Both the position numbers and the translations under genes were made by a program. From positions 1-64,000 of the IMG/VR virus record IMGVR_UViG_3300034107_000136: 64,000 bases of DNA; one strand, 5' to 3'. This document shows, piece by piece, positions 15,354-25,621 of this stretch (positions are counted from its first letter, which is position 1; every line of letters begins with the position of its first letter). The notes below the pieces were generated by a model. The model was not told the DNA's origin, did no database searches, and was given only the letters and a program-made list of their open reading frames with translations. Origin of the DNA: a virus.

Positions 15354-15704
15354 ATGGCAACTTTTAATAAAATTCCTCTTTCTGCCTCCACAAATGGCAA
15401 AGGAATTTTAGTAGCAGCCACAGCAACACTTGGAACGACAATACATACCGCAGGATCTGGAACAGCAAATTTTGATGAAGTATGGCTGTATGCTAGTAAT
15501 AATTCTTTGACATCTACAAAACTTACTATTGAGTATGGATCAGCAAGCGTTCAGGATAATGTTGAGATCACAATTCCAGGAGAATCTGGACTAGTCCTTG
15601 TTATCCCAGGATTATTTTTTAACAATGCATTAGTGGTCACAGCATTTGCTGCAACTACAAACGTCATTACCATTCATGGTTATATTAATAGGGTGACTGC
15701 ATAA
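15354..15704 (+). CDS. ~110-aa structural domain protein
   Basis: Leaderless after TGATATAAT; distant TLYTVP-family pattern. Confidence 0.65.
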   Translation: MATFNKIPLSASTNGKGILVAATATLGTTIHTAGSGTANFDEVWLYASNNSLTSTKLTIEYGSASVQDNVEITIPGESGLVLVIPGLFFNNALVVTAFAATTNVITIHGYINRVTA

Positions 15705-15928
15705 TGCCGGGGTATTTAATAGTTCCTCCATACATTGCCGCAGGAGTACCAATGTCTCCAACAGGAGATATATCTGCTACAGATGTTCAATCTGCAATGG
15801 CAGAGATAGCATCAGAGAAAGCAACAACTACAAGCGTAACAACATTGCAAAACAATCTCAATAGTGTTAATTCAACGCTATCAGCACAGATTTCTTCAGT
15901 AGAGGGAGTAGCCCTGTTGGGCTTATGA
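15704..15928 (+). CDS. Short adaptor / coiled-coil protein
   Basis: GDISATDVQSA..EI.SEKAT shared with 17198. Confidence 0.65.
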   Translation: MPGYLIVPPYIAAGVPMSPTGDISATDVQSAMAEIASEKATTTSVTTLQNNLNSVNSTLSAQISSVEGVALLGL

Positions 15929-15929
15929 T

Positions 15930-16232
15930 ATGGCAAATACATTTAAAGTTCTTTTCAGAGGTGCAGCAGCAACAACAAGTGCCACGCTTTATACTGTGCC
16001 AGCATTAACCACGGTATTAGTAAACTCAATCGTTGTTGCAAATACATCCAACACTACACAAACATATAATATTTTTTTTAATGGCGTTTCTATTGCAACG
16101 CTTGTTCCAATTCCAGCATACGACTCTATAATTTTAGAGCCAAAACAAGTAATCTTAACAACAAATACTATTTCTGGATTTGCTTCAGCAACATCAGTAA
16201 ACTTTCATGTATCTGGTTTGGAAATAACCTAA
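15930..16232 (+). CDS. TLYTVP-family structural protein
   Basis: MANTFKVL...TLYTVP. Confidence 0.7.
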   Translation: MANTFKVLFRGAAATTSATLYTVPALTTVLVNSIVVANTSNTTQTYNIFFNGVSIATLVPIPAYDSIILEPKQVILTTNTISGFASATSVNFHVSGLEIT

Positions 16233-17173
16233 TGGGTATATCAAGGTTTTCAGGGGATGTAATTAGTAGATATCAGATGCCACAGGCAATTGGTGGGTAT
16301 GTAACTGAAAGTGGTGGATATAGAATTCATACTTTTCTTAATGATTATATGTTAGATGCAAACTCAATAAATTTTATTAGAACTGGAAATGTTGAAGTTT
16401 TGCTTGTAGCAGGAGGTGGATCTGGTGGAGGACATACTACCACTAATGCTAATGGTGGCGGCGGCGCGGGGGGAATGTATACAGGAACTATGAATATGTC
16501 TGCACTAGGAAGTTATGCTATTGTTGTTGGATCTGGTGCAGCAGAAATTGTTTATGCACAGTCTGCACAAGGAAATAATGGAGGTCTTTCATCATTTAAT
16601 TCTGTAACAGTGCAAGGCGGTGGAGGTGGTGGCGCTACCTCAGCAGGAGTAACTGGAAAAAATGGTGGATCTGGTGGTGGTGGTGCCTATACTGGATCTG
16701 GAGGATCAGCAAATGCAACTGGTACTGGATTTTATGGAAATGCTGGAGGAGCAAGCAATCAAACTTGGACTGGCGGCGGTGGCGGGGGCGCAGGAAGTGC
16801 TGGCGTTGCAGGAAATGGTGGAGTTGCACCAGCAGGAAATGGTGGTCAAGGATTGTCATCAACAATAAGTGGAACCTTAAGGTGGTATGCAGGAGGTGGT
16901 GGCGGTGGTGGAAACTCATCAGAGCGTGCAGGAGATGGATATCATGGTGGTGGAAGAGGAATTGGAACAACAACACAATATAATTACACTGTTTTTGTTA
17001 GAGAAGTAAATCCAGTTACACTTGGATATGGAACAGGTCATGCAGTACAGAATACTGGAGCGGGCGGCGGCGGCGGGACATACTGGAATACTGGATATGC
17101 AAACTGGGGCGGTGGATCTGGTAGAGGTGGATCGGGAATTGTTATCATTAGATATCCACACAGTATCACTTAA
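16232..17173 (+). CDS. Glycine-rich fibre/adhesin-like protein
   Basis: YRIHTF...GSGIVIIRY. Confidence 0.75.
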   Translation: MGISRFSGDVISRYQMPQAIGGYVTESGGYRIHTFLNDYMLDANSINFIRTGNVEVLLVAGGGSGGGHTTTNANGGGGAGGMYTGTMNMSALGSYAIVVGSGAAEIVYAQSAQGNNGGLSSFNSVTVQGGGGGGATSAGVTGKNGGSGGGGAYTGSGGSANATGTGFYGNAGGASNQTWTGGGGGGAGSAGVAGNGGVAPAGNGGQGLSSTISGTLRWYAGGGGGGGNSSERAGDGYHGGGRGIGTTTQYNYTVFVREVNPVTLGYGTGHAVQNTGAGGGGGTYWNTGYANWGGGSGRGGSGIVIIRYPHSIT

Positions 17174-17197
17174 GCATTAAAATGCTATAATTAATTT

Positions 17198-17527
17198 ATG
17201 CCAGGGTATGCAAGACCAACACAGGTAGTATTTGCAACTGAAGTGATCACTGTTCCAGTAGGAGATATAGCAGCAACACAATTACAGTCTGCATTGTCTG
17301 AAATTTCCTCGGAAAAAGCAACGGTATCTAGTGTCTCATCATTACAAACTCAAACTGTTAGGGTTTACGACAATGCCGCTGCCAGATCTTCAGCAATTCC
17401 CTCTCCTACAGAAGGAATGACAACATACCTAAAAGATTTAAAAACTATCAATGTGTACAACGGTACGGCTTGGATAGAAGTTTCTGGCTCTGGCGGGGCA
17501 AATCCACTATTTTTGGCAGGTACATAA
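17198..17527 (+). CDS. Adaptor-like protein
   Basis: Leaderless after TGCTATAAT; C-terminus PLFLAGT. Confidence 0.65.
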   Translation: MPGYARPTQVVFATEVITVPVGDIAATQLQSALSEISSEKATVSSVSSLQTQTVRVYDNAAARSSAIPSPTEGMTTYLKDLKTINVYNGTAWIEVSGSGGANPLFLAGT

Positions 17528-17862
17528 TGGGAACACTATATAAAGTATTAGGACAGGTACAAGGAACTGCGGCATTGGGAACATACTCCACCCTTTATAC
17601 CGTGCCTGCTGCAACGGGAACAATTGTTTCAACGATTGCAGTATGTAATACATCTACAACTGATTATAAGTTTAGATTAGCATTGTCAACAACCACAACA
17701 CCAGGAGCAGCAAGTTGGATTGCATATGATTCTACTGTGTCAGGAAATGACACGTCTTTTATCACGGTATCTCTTTGCATGGACACAACATATAAGTATT
17801 TAATAGTTTCTTCAGAGAATGTTGCCGTATCCTTCACGGCATGTGGAAGCGAGATTTCCTAA
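17527..17862 (+). CDS. TLYTVP-family structural protein
   Basis: MGTLYKVLGQVQGTAA; TAATG coupling. Confidence 0.75.
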   Translation: MGTLYKVLGQVQGTAALGTYSTLYTVPAATGTIVSTIAVCNTSTTDYKFRLALSTTTTPGAASWIAYDSTVSGNDTSFITVSLCMDTTYKYLIVSSENVAVSFTACGSEIS

Positions 17863-18770
17863 TGGGTATCTCCAGATTAAAGTATCCAACTTATTTTAAT
17901 ATGAGTTCTTCTAAATCAAGAGTAACTGCCACTGGAGGAAATTCTACAACAGATGGAAACGGATATAGGGTTCATACATTTTTAGGTAATGGAACCTTTG
18001 CATTGTCTACAAACAACACTACAGTAAATTATTTAATAATTGCTGGTGGTGGTGGAGGAGGATCTAATATGGGTGGCGGCGGTGGTGCAGGAGGATATTT
18101 AACTGGAACAATGACCTTAAGTTCTGGAAATTATGATATTGCTATTGGATCAGGGGGGGCTGGTGCTTTAGCGGGAACAAGTATGGCTCGTGGTTCATCT
18201 GGATTAAATACAACTGCTCTATCTTTAACTGCAATTGGTGGTGGTGGTGCAGGATCAGATTATGGTTCGTCAGGAGTTTTTAACAATGCAGTAAGTGGTG
18301 GATCTGGAGGTGGAGCACAAGGAAACTCTGCTGCTGGTGGAGCAGCAACATCTGGTCAAGGAAGTGTTGGTGGAAATGGTGCTGGATCTTACTACCCTGC
18401 TGGTGGAGGAGGGGCTGGAGGAGCAGGAGTTGCAAATCCAGGCACGGGTGGAACGGGTTTGTCAAATTCAATAAATGGAACAGCATTTTTTTGGGCTGGT
18501 GGAGGTGGAGGAGCAGGCTATAGTGGCATTGGTGGAAACGGAGGAGCAGGAGGGGGCGGTGGTGGTGCAGTTGGAGTTACAACTGGAGGATCTGGATTAA
18601 ACAACGGATCTCCTGGAGGTGGAGGATCACCAAATGCAGTAACCAATACTCCAGGAGGTAGTGCAGGATCAAACACTGGTGGTGGAGGTGGTGGAGGTTC
18701 TCATCAGAATGCCAATAACTACGGTGGTACTGGTGGATCAGGTATAGTTATCATCCGATATCTTTACTGA
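17862..18770 (+). CDS. Glycine-rich fibre/adhesin-like protein
   Basis: YRVHTF...GSGIVIIRY. Confidence 0.75.
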   Translation: MGISRLKYPTYFNMSSSKSRVTATGGNSTTDGNGYRVHTFLGNGTFALSTNNTTVNYLIIAGGGGGGSNMGGGGGAGGYLTGTMTLSSGNYDIAIGSGGAGALAGTSMARGSSGLNTTALSLTAIGGGGAGSDYGSSGVFNNAVSGGSGGGAQGNSAAGGAATSGQGSVGGNGAGSYYPAGGGGAGGAGVANPGTGGTGLSNSINGTAFFWAGGGGGAGYSGIGGNGGAGGGGGGAVGVTTGGSGLNNGSPGGGGSPNAVTNTPGGSAGSNTGGGGGGGSHQNANNYGGTGGSGIVIIRYLY

Positions 18771-18786
18771 ATGATATAATTCTAAT

Positions 18787-19593
18787 ATGGCTATAGTTCG
18801 TCTTGCTCTAGGTAATCCCGCAGCAAACACCGATACTCTTCTGCATACCGCCACAAGACAATCATTAGTATCAGTAATTTCTACAAACAAGGGTACATCT
18901 GGATCAGTTCTAAGAATCTGGGTACAGCCAACAGGAACAACACTAGCATCTCAATATGCATATATGGCATATGATGCTGCTCTTCCAGCAAATAACTCAT
19001 TGGAAACTTTTCGTTTCTCCCTTGAAACTGGAGATAAACTATATGTAAGATCATCTACCGCAGACGTATCATTTTCCATCAATGCTATCCATGAGTCAAG
19101 TGGTAATCAAAACATCGTTACGGTGTCTACAACTGCCCCCGTGGGACCAAACATTGGAGATGTATGGGTAAACACGAATACATTAATTGTAGGGTTTTGG
19201 GACGGTAGCGCATGGACAAGTGCAGTTGGTGGATCAGCAGGGTATGCTCAAGCAACTGAACCAGAATTTCCTAACAGTGGTGCTATTTGGGTAGACATTG
19301 ATGAGTCATCTCCAACCTATCCTCAATTCCCTACCGTGCTCTATTCCCCCACGCAGCCAACAGGATTGGGCGTTGGGGATGTGGGAACAATCTGGGTAGA
19401 TGAAGATGCACCTACAATGTCTCAAGTAGTTGTGCCAGCCGTAAATTATGTGGCAACTGCCCCAACTGGATTAGGTTTGGGAGACGCAGGGTACTTATGG
19501 ATTGATTCAGATGAAAATACGATAGAATACAATATGAATGATTATACAAAATCAGTGGATATATTAAGTCCGTTTATGTTGGCGGGGATGTAG
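18787..19593 (+). CDS. Appendage protein: ~110-aa domain plus four G.IWVD repeats
   Basis: Paralog of 13445 (N-terminus) and 23505 (internal block). Confidence 0.65.
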   Translation: MAIVRLALGNPAANTDTLLHTATRQSLVSVISTNKGTSGSVLRIWVQPTGTTLASQYAYMAYDAALPANNSLETFRFSLETGDKLYVRSSTADVSFSINAIHESSGNQNIVTVSTTAPVGPNIGDVWVNTNTLIVGFWDGSAWTSAVGGSAGYAQATEPEFPNSGAIWVDIDESSPTYPQFPTVLYSPTQPTGLGVGDVGTIWVDEDAPTMSQVVVPAVNYVATAPTGLGLGDAGYLWIDSDENTIEYNMNDYTKSVDILSPFMLAGM

Positions 19594-19594
19594 A

Positions 19595-20551
19595 ATGGCG
19601 AAAACTGGGTATGTGTGGGATGGAACACAATTTGTATCAATCAGTTCTCCTATTGCTGCCGTGCCAAATGCGGTATCGTCATATAGTTCTTCTGCCCCAG
19701 CATCAAGGACTACAAGGACTAATCTTATAACCAACCCATCATTTGAGGTGGATACTGCTGGATGGAGCGTCGTCGGAACCGCAGGAACAATTTCAAGAAA
19801 CACCACAGATGGTATTGTCGGAAGTTCCAGCGCAAAAAATACAGTTACGGGTACAGGTAGTGCGGGAGTTATGACATATTTTGTAGGTCTTGTAGAAGGA
19901 ATCACTCCTGGAATAACCTATACTTTCTCGGCTTATATTAAGTCAAGCGTTAGTAGATCTACTATTATCTACATGAACTTTCTTGATGCATCAAATAATC
20001 TATCTGGGCAAGCACAGTCGATACCAACGTGGAGCAGCACGTCAGCGTGGACTCGCATATCAACGACACTTATTGCCCCTGCAACAACGGTAAAACTCCA
20101 TACATATGTTGGTTTTCTGGGTGCTCTTGCAGGAGAGACACACTCTATGGATGCGGCTCTCCTTGAGGTATCTTCAACCCTTAATCCATATTTCGATGGA
20201 ACAAATTATTCTTCTATACCTGAAGCATATCCTTCATCAATATTAACTACATGGACTGGAACTGCAAATGCATCAACGTCTACAATATCTTATTACAAGC
20301 AATCAGATGTAAAGGTTGGTCAGTTATGGGTGGATTCAGATGATAGATCGTTGTATGTTTACAATGGTGCTGAATGGGTAATTGCGGCGGCAGCCACAGC
20401 AACAATTCCATCAATAAACTTAAACTCAAATGTAATTGCAGCAGACTACACCATGCCAGTGGGATATAATGGTACAAGTGCTGGACCAATAACGGTTAAC
20501 TCTGGGGTTACCGTGACAATTCCCAGCGGATCAGTTTGGACGGTAGTGTAA
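19595..20551 (+). CDS. Fibre protein with carbohydrate-binding-module-like domain
   Basis: TNLITNPSFE..TAGW...YTFSAY..WTR pattern. Confidence 0.65.
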   Translation: MAKTGYVWDGTQFVSISSPIAAVPNAVSSYSSSAPASRTTRTNLITNPSFEVDTAGWSVVGTAGTISRNTTDGIVGSSSAKNTVTGTGSAGVMTYFVGLVEGITPGITYTFSAYIKSSVSRSTIIYMNFLDASNNLSGQAQSIPTWSSTSAWTRISTTLIAPATTVKLHTYVGFLGALAGETHSMDAALLEVSSTLNPYFDGTNYSSIPEAYPSSILTTWTGTANASTSTISYYKQSDVKVGQLWVDSDDRSLYVYNGAEWVIAAAATATIPSINLNSNVIAADYTMPVGYNGTSAGPITVNSGVTVTIPSGSVWTVV

Positions 20552-21192
20552 TGTCAATTAAATTAAATAGTACCCTTGGTGGATCAGTCACATTGCAGGA
20601 GCCTAATACTGCTAGTGCATTTACTTTAACATTGCCAACAGATAATATTCAACCGGGAATGAATTTAATTACCCCCACAAGCGTGGTCGGTGGAACATTT
20701 AGTGGAGGGGCAATTAGTTTTAGCGCATCAACAAGCGTAAGCATTAATGGATGTTTTAGTTCTTTATATGATAACTATCTTTATCAAATAACCTATACTG
20801 CTGCCAGTGGAGCAGACGCACAAATGCGTTTTAGATTGCGTGTTGCTGGCGTAGACTCCATTGTTTCTTATATAAATCAACGTATTTATGCGTATTCGAC
20901 AGTCATTGGCACAGACTTAAATATAGGCGGGAACACATCATTATTTATTGGTTCTATAACAACTGGATATCCGCAAGCAGCATCTTGTCAAGGAACGCTA
21001 TTCTCTCCAGCACTAATACAACAAACTCGTGGAAATAATTTAACTAATCATTCAGATAGTAGCGGTAATTATTACAATCAACTCAATAACCACTATCATA
21101 CAGTTTCTGCTGCATACGATGGTATGACAATTTTTCCATCAACTGGAACTGTAACTGGAACTATGCGTATTTATGGAATGAGGAGCCAATGA
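20551..21192 (+). CDS. Fibre/receptor-binding-like protein
   Basis: NLITPTSV...GTMRIYG; paralog of 21896. Confidence 0.65.
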   Translation: MSIKLNSTLGGSVTLQEPNTASAFTLTLPTDNIQPGMNLITPTSVVGGTFSGGAISFSASTSVSINGCFSSLYDNYLYQITYTAASGADAQMRFRLRVAGVDSIVSYINQRIYAYSTVIGTDLNIGGNTSLFIGSITTGYPQAASCQGTLFSPALIQQTRGNNLTNHSDSSGNYYNQLNNHYHTVSAAYDGMTIFPSTGTVTGTMRIYGMRSQ

Positions 21193-21218
21193 AAAAAAAT
21201 AAAAGGAATGAGGAATCA

Positions 21219-21461
21219 ATGAGTCAATATGTAGAAACATTTGCAGACGGAACAGTAATAACCCGTCCTTGGAATGAAGAAGAACTTGCTCAATTTGAGA
21301 AGGATAGAATTGATAATGAGGAAAGAGAATTGGCTGTAACTGCCGCCAAAAATGCGCGGGAAGCAGCAATGCAATCCGCTATATCCAAGTTATCAGCACT
21401 AGGTCTTGATGAGTCAGAAATTCAAGCAGTAATAGGAAGCAGCAATGCCAGTATCAATTAA
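21219..21461 (+). CDS. Possible fibre assembly chaperone
   Basis: Small, acidic and helical, follows a fibre gene; alternative start 21189. Confidence 0.5.
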   Translation: MSQYVETFADGTVITRPWNEEELAQFEKDRIDNEERELAVTAAKNAREAAMQSAISKLSALGLDESEIQAVIGSSNASIN

Positions 21462-21894
21462 TGGTGATGGCGCTATGAGCGGCGTAACTGCAAGAACCTC
21501 CAACATCTTTCCCAATTCTGTCACTGCTGCGGTATCCACAAATCAAACAACTACTAGCGCAACGTTTACTGATTTAGCGACAGTTGGCCCTACTGTTACT
21601 CTTATCACTGGAACAAAAGCCCTTGTCATAATTTCTGCATCAATATATAATTCAGGTGCTTCAGGATCGGAAGCGGGATTTGTGGTCAGTGGAGCATCAA
21701 CTCTAGCAGCAGCAAGTGCTACCGCTTTGTATATGGGAGGGTCAAATGCTGTCGTTTCTATGGGATCTTCTCGTATTGTTTTAGTTACTGGACTTACGTC
21801 TGGGTCAAATACTTTCACTATTAAATATCGAGCAGGCGGCGGCACTGCAAACTTTTATAATCGTGAAATAACAGTTATAGATATGGGGTCTTAA
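21445..21894 (+). CDS. Fibre-tip-like protein
   Basis: TTSATFTD...GSNTFTIKYR beta-rich pattern. Confidence 0.6.
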   Translation: MPVSINGDGAMSGVTARTSNIFPNSVTAAVSTNQTTTSATFTDLATVGPTVTLITGTKALVIISASIYNSGASGSEAGFVVSGASTLAAASATALYMGGSNAVVSMGSSRIVLVTGLTSGSNTFTIKYRAGGGTANFYNREITVIDMGS

Positions 21895-21895
21895 C

Positions 21896-22534
21896 ATGAG
21901 CACATTAAGGACAATCAACCTACAACATCCTACAGCAGCAACTGCTAATATTACCTTGTCAAATACGGGGGGTATAGCATTAAATGGATCTGTATCAGGT
22001 GGAGGTATGGATCTCATTACCCCGACATCGGTCGCGGGGTCAGGGGTCACCCTGTCCGGTGGTCAGGTGACGTTCACTGCGGCAGCCACCGTCAGCGTGA
22101 ACGGATGCTTCACGAGCGCATACGCAAATTATCTAGTCCTTTTGCATCAATCGGCTAGAAGCGCTGCTAGCGGCACCTTGGTCAGAATGCGTGCTGCGGG
22201 GTCTGACACCTCTAGCAGCACATATGGTTACTCCCAACTTAGGTTTGGTAGATCGGCTTTCATTGTTGACGGAAGTGCAGGAACTACCACGTCTTTTACG
22301 GTTGGTTACGGTGCCACGGGAAACACTGAGTACAGGATTATGCAATTTCTTAATGCCGCGGTAAGCGCCCAAGCCGCCTTTGACTGCTCAGCCTTTACAA
22401 CTGACTCCGGGAATCTTGGTTATCAGGTAAGCGGTATTTGCACGCAAGCCACCGCTCATGATGGCTTCACATATTACCCAGCGTCTGGCAACGTCACAGG
22501 AACACTGCGCGTTTACGGAATGAGGAACTCATGA
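21896..22534 (+). CDS. Fibre/receptor-binding-like protein
   Basis: MDLITPTSV...GTLRVYG; paralog of 20551. Confidence 0.65.
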   Translation: MSTLRTINLQHPTAATANITLSNTGGIALNGSVSGGGMDLITPTSVAGSGVTLSGGQVTFTAAATVSVNGCFTSAYANYLVLLHQSARSAASGTLVRMRAAGSDTSSSTYGYSQLRFGRSAFIVDGSAGTTTSFTVGYGATGNTEYRIMQFLNAAVSAQAAFDCSAFTTDSGNLGYQVSGICTQATAHDGFTYYPASGNVTGTLRVYGMRNS

Positions 22535-22566
22535 GCAACATAAACTCCTAATGATATAATAAACAT

Positions 22567-22902
22567 ATGAGTTTCCCGGCAACATATAATCTTTCATTGT
22601 ACGCAGGCGATACCTATGAATTCGTGGTAGTTCCAAGAAATTCAGATGCAAGTAGTTTTAGTCTTGTTGGGTATACCGCCGAAATGAACATTGCCACAAG
22701 TCGTGGGGCAACAACAAAAATATCAGTTCAGGCGGTAGTTGATTCAGTATTGAATATTGTTACTTGCACTATTCTTCCTGGAGTTAGTGGAGCGTTGTCT
22801 CCATCAACAACATATGTGTATGACGTTCAGATAACCAATGGATCAACAAAGATCTATACTCTTCTGACAGGAAGCGTTTCTGTTACAGAGGATGTTTCCT
22901 AG
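22567..22902 (+). CDS. Virion structural protein (Ig/BppU-like)
   Basis: GDTY...YVYDVQI; paralog of 10503. Confidence 0.65.
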   Translation: MSFPATYNLSLYAGDTYEFVVVPRNSDASSFSLVGYTAEMNIATSRGATTKISVQAVVDSVLNIVTCTILPGVSGALSPSTTYVYDVQITNGSTKIYTLLTGSVSVTEDVS

Positions 22903-23486
22903 TGCCCAGTATTGATGTAATTCTAGAATCTCCAGAACTCGTTGTTCTTGGAGGTCCAGCAAGTATTGAGGTTCAACTAGATACTGGGGCAACTGGTCAA
23001 CGAGGTAGCACATCATATGTTGGAGCAGGACTACCAAGTTCCTCAACGATACCTAATTATTCTTCAATTCTTCCGGGGGATTTGTATATAAATGCATCCC
23101 CAGGACCCAACTATTCTTGGTTGTATCAGTATTTGGTAAAACCAGGAGGTAATAACTGGGAACCAATTCTTTCACTTAATCCTGCACTATATAACTCGGT
23201 ATATGAAGTATCATTTGTTGCTGGAGAAGCAACTGTATCAATTCCAGTATCAACAATTACCACAACGACAACAACTCTTACTTCAGATAACTTTGCAATT
23301 ACATTTAACTTTGAAAATCTTCATCCAATTGCAGGATCATTAAAAACAAAAACACTTACGTCTGGAAACTTAATTCTAGTTTTCACGGCAGCAGAATTTA
23401 CTTCATCAACATGGGCGGCATTAGTAGATGCAAGCGTAAAGATGTCAATTGGCGTCAGAATAATCGCTGGCTCCATTCTGCTATAA
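22902..23486 (+). CDS. Structural protein
   Basis: GATGQRG and GDLYIN resemble 10847. Confidence 0.6.
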   Translation: MPSIDVILESPELVVLGGPASIEVQLDTGATGQRGSTSYVGAGLPSSSTIPNYSSILPGDLYINASPGPNYSWLYQYLVKPGGNNWEPILSLNPALYNSVYEVSFVAGEATVSIPVSTITTTTTTLTSDNFAITFNFENLHPIAGSLKTKTLTSGNLILVFTAAEFTSSTWAALVDASVKMSIGVRIIAGSILL

Positions 23487-23504
23487 TTTAGAAGGTGATG
23501 ACTA

Positions 23505-24053
23505 ATGGCTAATACTGGAGAACAAGTTGGAGTAGATTATCCAACACTTATGCCAGACCTTACTGATATTGCTGATATTCAACAAGCATTTCAGATGTAT
23601 CAGATTGGCATTGCAAACTGGAATGGTATTGATCCTCCAGCAGCAGATAGTATTGAGGGCCATTATGCATCCGTAAACTCTAGAGTAGATGATCTTGAAG
23701 ATCGTCCAGTCGGAGGTGGAGAAGTAAATGATAATGAGCCAACGGTTGTAGGACCAGGCAGTCTTCCAGTTCCTAATGGATATATTTGGGTAGACAGTAA
23801 TGCTGATGCCCCCACCTACCCACAATTTCCCACAGTATTATATTCCCCAACAGAACCAACTGGCCTAGGCGTTGGAGATGTAGGAACAATTTGGGTTGAT
23901 GAAGATGGATCAGCGGCGGTACTTAATATAAACGATTATCTTCTCGTTACTACCGCTTCTTCCACTTATGAAACCATAGCAGCGCATAACACTTCTGTTC
24001 AGTCAGTCATTGATGCTTCAGCAGCATCTTCGTTCATGCTTATGGGCGCTTAA
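23505..24053 (+). CDS. Adaptor-like protein
   Basis: G.IWVD repeats; C-terminus FMLMGA. Confidence 0.65.
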   Translation: MANTGEQVGVDYPTLMPDLTDIADIQQAFQMYQIGIANWNGIDPPAADSIEGHYASVNSRVDDLEDRPVGGGEVNDNEPTVVGPGSLPVPNGYIWVDSNADAPTYPQFPTVLYSPTEPTGLGVGDVGTIWVDEDGSAAVLNINDYLLVTTASSTYETIAAHNTSVQSVIDASAASSFMLMGA

Positions 24054-24099
24054 TGATTTGCTATAATAGTAAAGTAACTAAAATTAGGATGGTATAAAC

Positions 24100-24432
24100 A
24101 TGGCAACTACATATAAAGTTTTAGGGCAAGTTCAAGGTACGGCAGCAGTAGGAACATATGCCACGCTTTATACTGTCCCAACATCTACATCTTCAGTGAT
24201 ATCAACAATCACCATTTGCAATCAAGCAGCAGCAGATGCTACCTATCGTGTAGCCGTAGCCGCAGCGGCAACACCAGCAACAGCAGAATTCATTGTGTAT
24301 GGAGCGACAGTAAAGGCAAATGATACCGTTACACTAACACTCGGCTTAACACTTCAAGCAGCAAAACTGCTTGTTATTTCGTCTTCAGCAAACACCACAT
24401 CCTTCGGGGCATTTGGAAGCGAGATTGTCTAA
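24100..24432 (+). CDS. TLYTVP-family structural protein
   Basis: MATTYKVLGQVQGTAA...GSEI. Confidence 0.75.
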   Translation: MATTYKVLGQVQGTAAVGTYATLYTVPTSTSSVISTITICNQAAADATYRVAVAAAATPATAEFIVYGATVKANDTVTLTLGLTLQAAKLLVISSSANTTSFGAFGSEIV

Positions 24433-24983
24433 TGGCTGTTGCTGCTGTAAGTAATAGTGGGACAAACGGTTCTAAGGCTAAAAACTTTTCCAGCATGTTT
24501 GGAGGAAGTAAATGGATAACTGTAAATGAGGGAAGCAGCACTAATGCAAGTTTTTCAACTTTGATCAATCCTGATGGAGACGGGACTAACTATCGTCTTG
24601 CGACATGGATAAACGCTGGAGACTTGAATGTTGTTTCTGCTGGATACGCAGAAGTCTTTATTGTCAGCGGTGGAGGATCTTATGGTTTATTTCAATTTGA
24701 TCAATTTGGTCAAGGTGGAGAAGGTGGAGATGTTATTAGAGGGATATTTACATTACCTGTTGGAAATTTAACGGTTCTTGTGGGCGCTGCTGGTGTTTAT
24801 AATGGTGGCTCTGGAGGTAAGAGTGGTATTGGAACCTTACAGACTAGACAAGCAGCATCGGGGCAAGGTTATGGTGGAGGGGTTGCTACTAGCATAACAG
24901 GCACATCGCAAACGTTGGCACTGTCTACTGGATATGGAACTGGTGCAGTTAAAGGTGTTGTTTATGCAAGATGGAAAATTTAA
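24432..24983 (+). CDS. Short glycine-rich fibre/adhesin-like protein
   Basis: IVSGGG...GVVYARWK; shortened family member. Confidence 0.6.
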   Translation: MAVAAVSNSGTNGSKAKNFSSMFGGSKWITVNEGSSTNASFSTLINPDGDGTNYRLATWINAGDLNVVSAGYAEVFIVSGGGSYGLFQFDQFGQGGEGGDVIRGIFTLPVGNLTVLVGAAGVYNGGSGGKSGIGTLQTRQAASGQGYGGGVATSITGTSQTLALSTGYGTGAVKGVVYARWKI

Positions 24984-25012
24984 ACACTAGTAAGAAATGA
25001 TATAATAAACCT

Positions 25013-25612
25013 ATGGCATATAAACCCGCATATATCTGGAATGGAACATCGTTTGATCAGATTGGAAATCAAGCGGTAGCCAGTTTGGACAATTATGTTC
25101 TTCTAGTAGGAGCACAGACAGTATCAGATAAGACATTAACTTCTACAATTCTCACTTCCCCCACAATTAACGGGGCAACGTTATCAGGAACTCTTTCTGG
25201 AGATGCCACACTATCTGGAAACGTATCAGTAACAGGAAGACTTGATCTTCAAGATGTTCGTGAAACTATTAATGATGGTACGATCACAACAAACGTTCTT
25301 ACATTAGACTATCCAGCAGGAACTATTTCATACATTCCTACTGCACCTACCGCAAATTTCACGGTAAATATAACAAATGCTCCAACAGATAACGGTAAAG
25401 CAATAACTATTGTTGTCATGGTTACGCAAGGGGCAACAGGATACATTCCCAACGTATTGCAAGTTGCAGGGTCAGCCCAAACAGTAAGGTGGCTTTCAGG
25501 AGTAACCCCAACTCCAACATCATCTGTTGGAAAACTAGACATCTTCAACTTCACGCTTATTCGTCGTTCCACGGCATGGACGGTAATTGGAAATGCAGCA
25601 CTTAATTTCTAG
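25013..25612 (+). CDS. Appendage protein
   Basis: NFTVNITNAPT...TQGATGYIP domain shared with 26404. Confidence 0.65.
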   Translation: MAYKPAYIWNGTSFDQIGNQAVASLDNYVLLVGAQTVSDKTLTSTILTSPTINGATLSGTLSGDATLSGNVSVTGRLDLQDVRETINDGTITTNVLTLDYPAGTISYIPTAPTANFTVNITNAPTDNGKAITIVVMVTQGATGYIPNVLQVAGSAQTVRWLSGVTPTPTSSVGKLDIFNFTLIRRSTAWTVIGNAALNF

Positions 25613-25621
25613 GAGATACTT

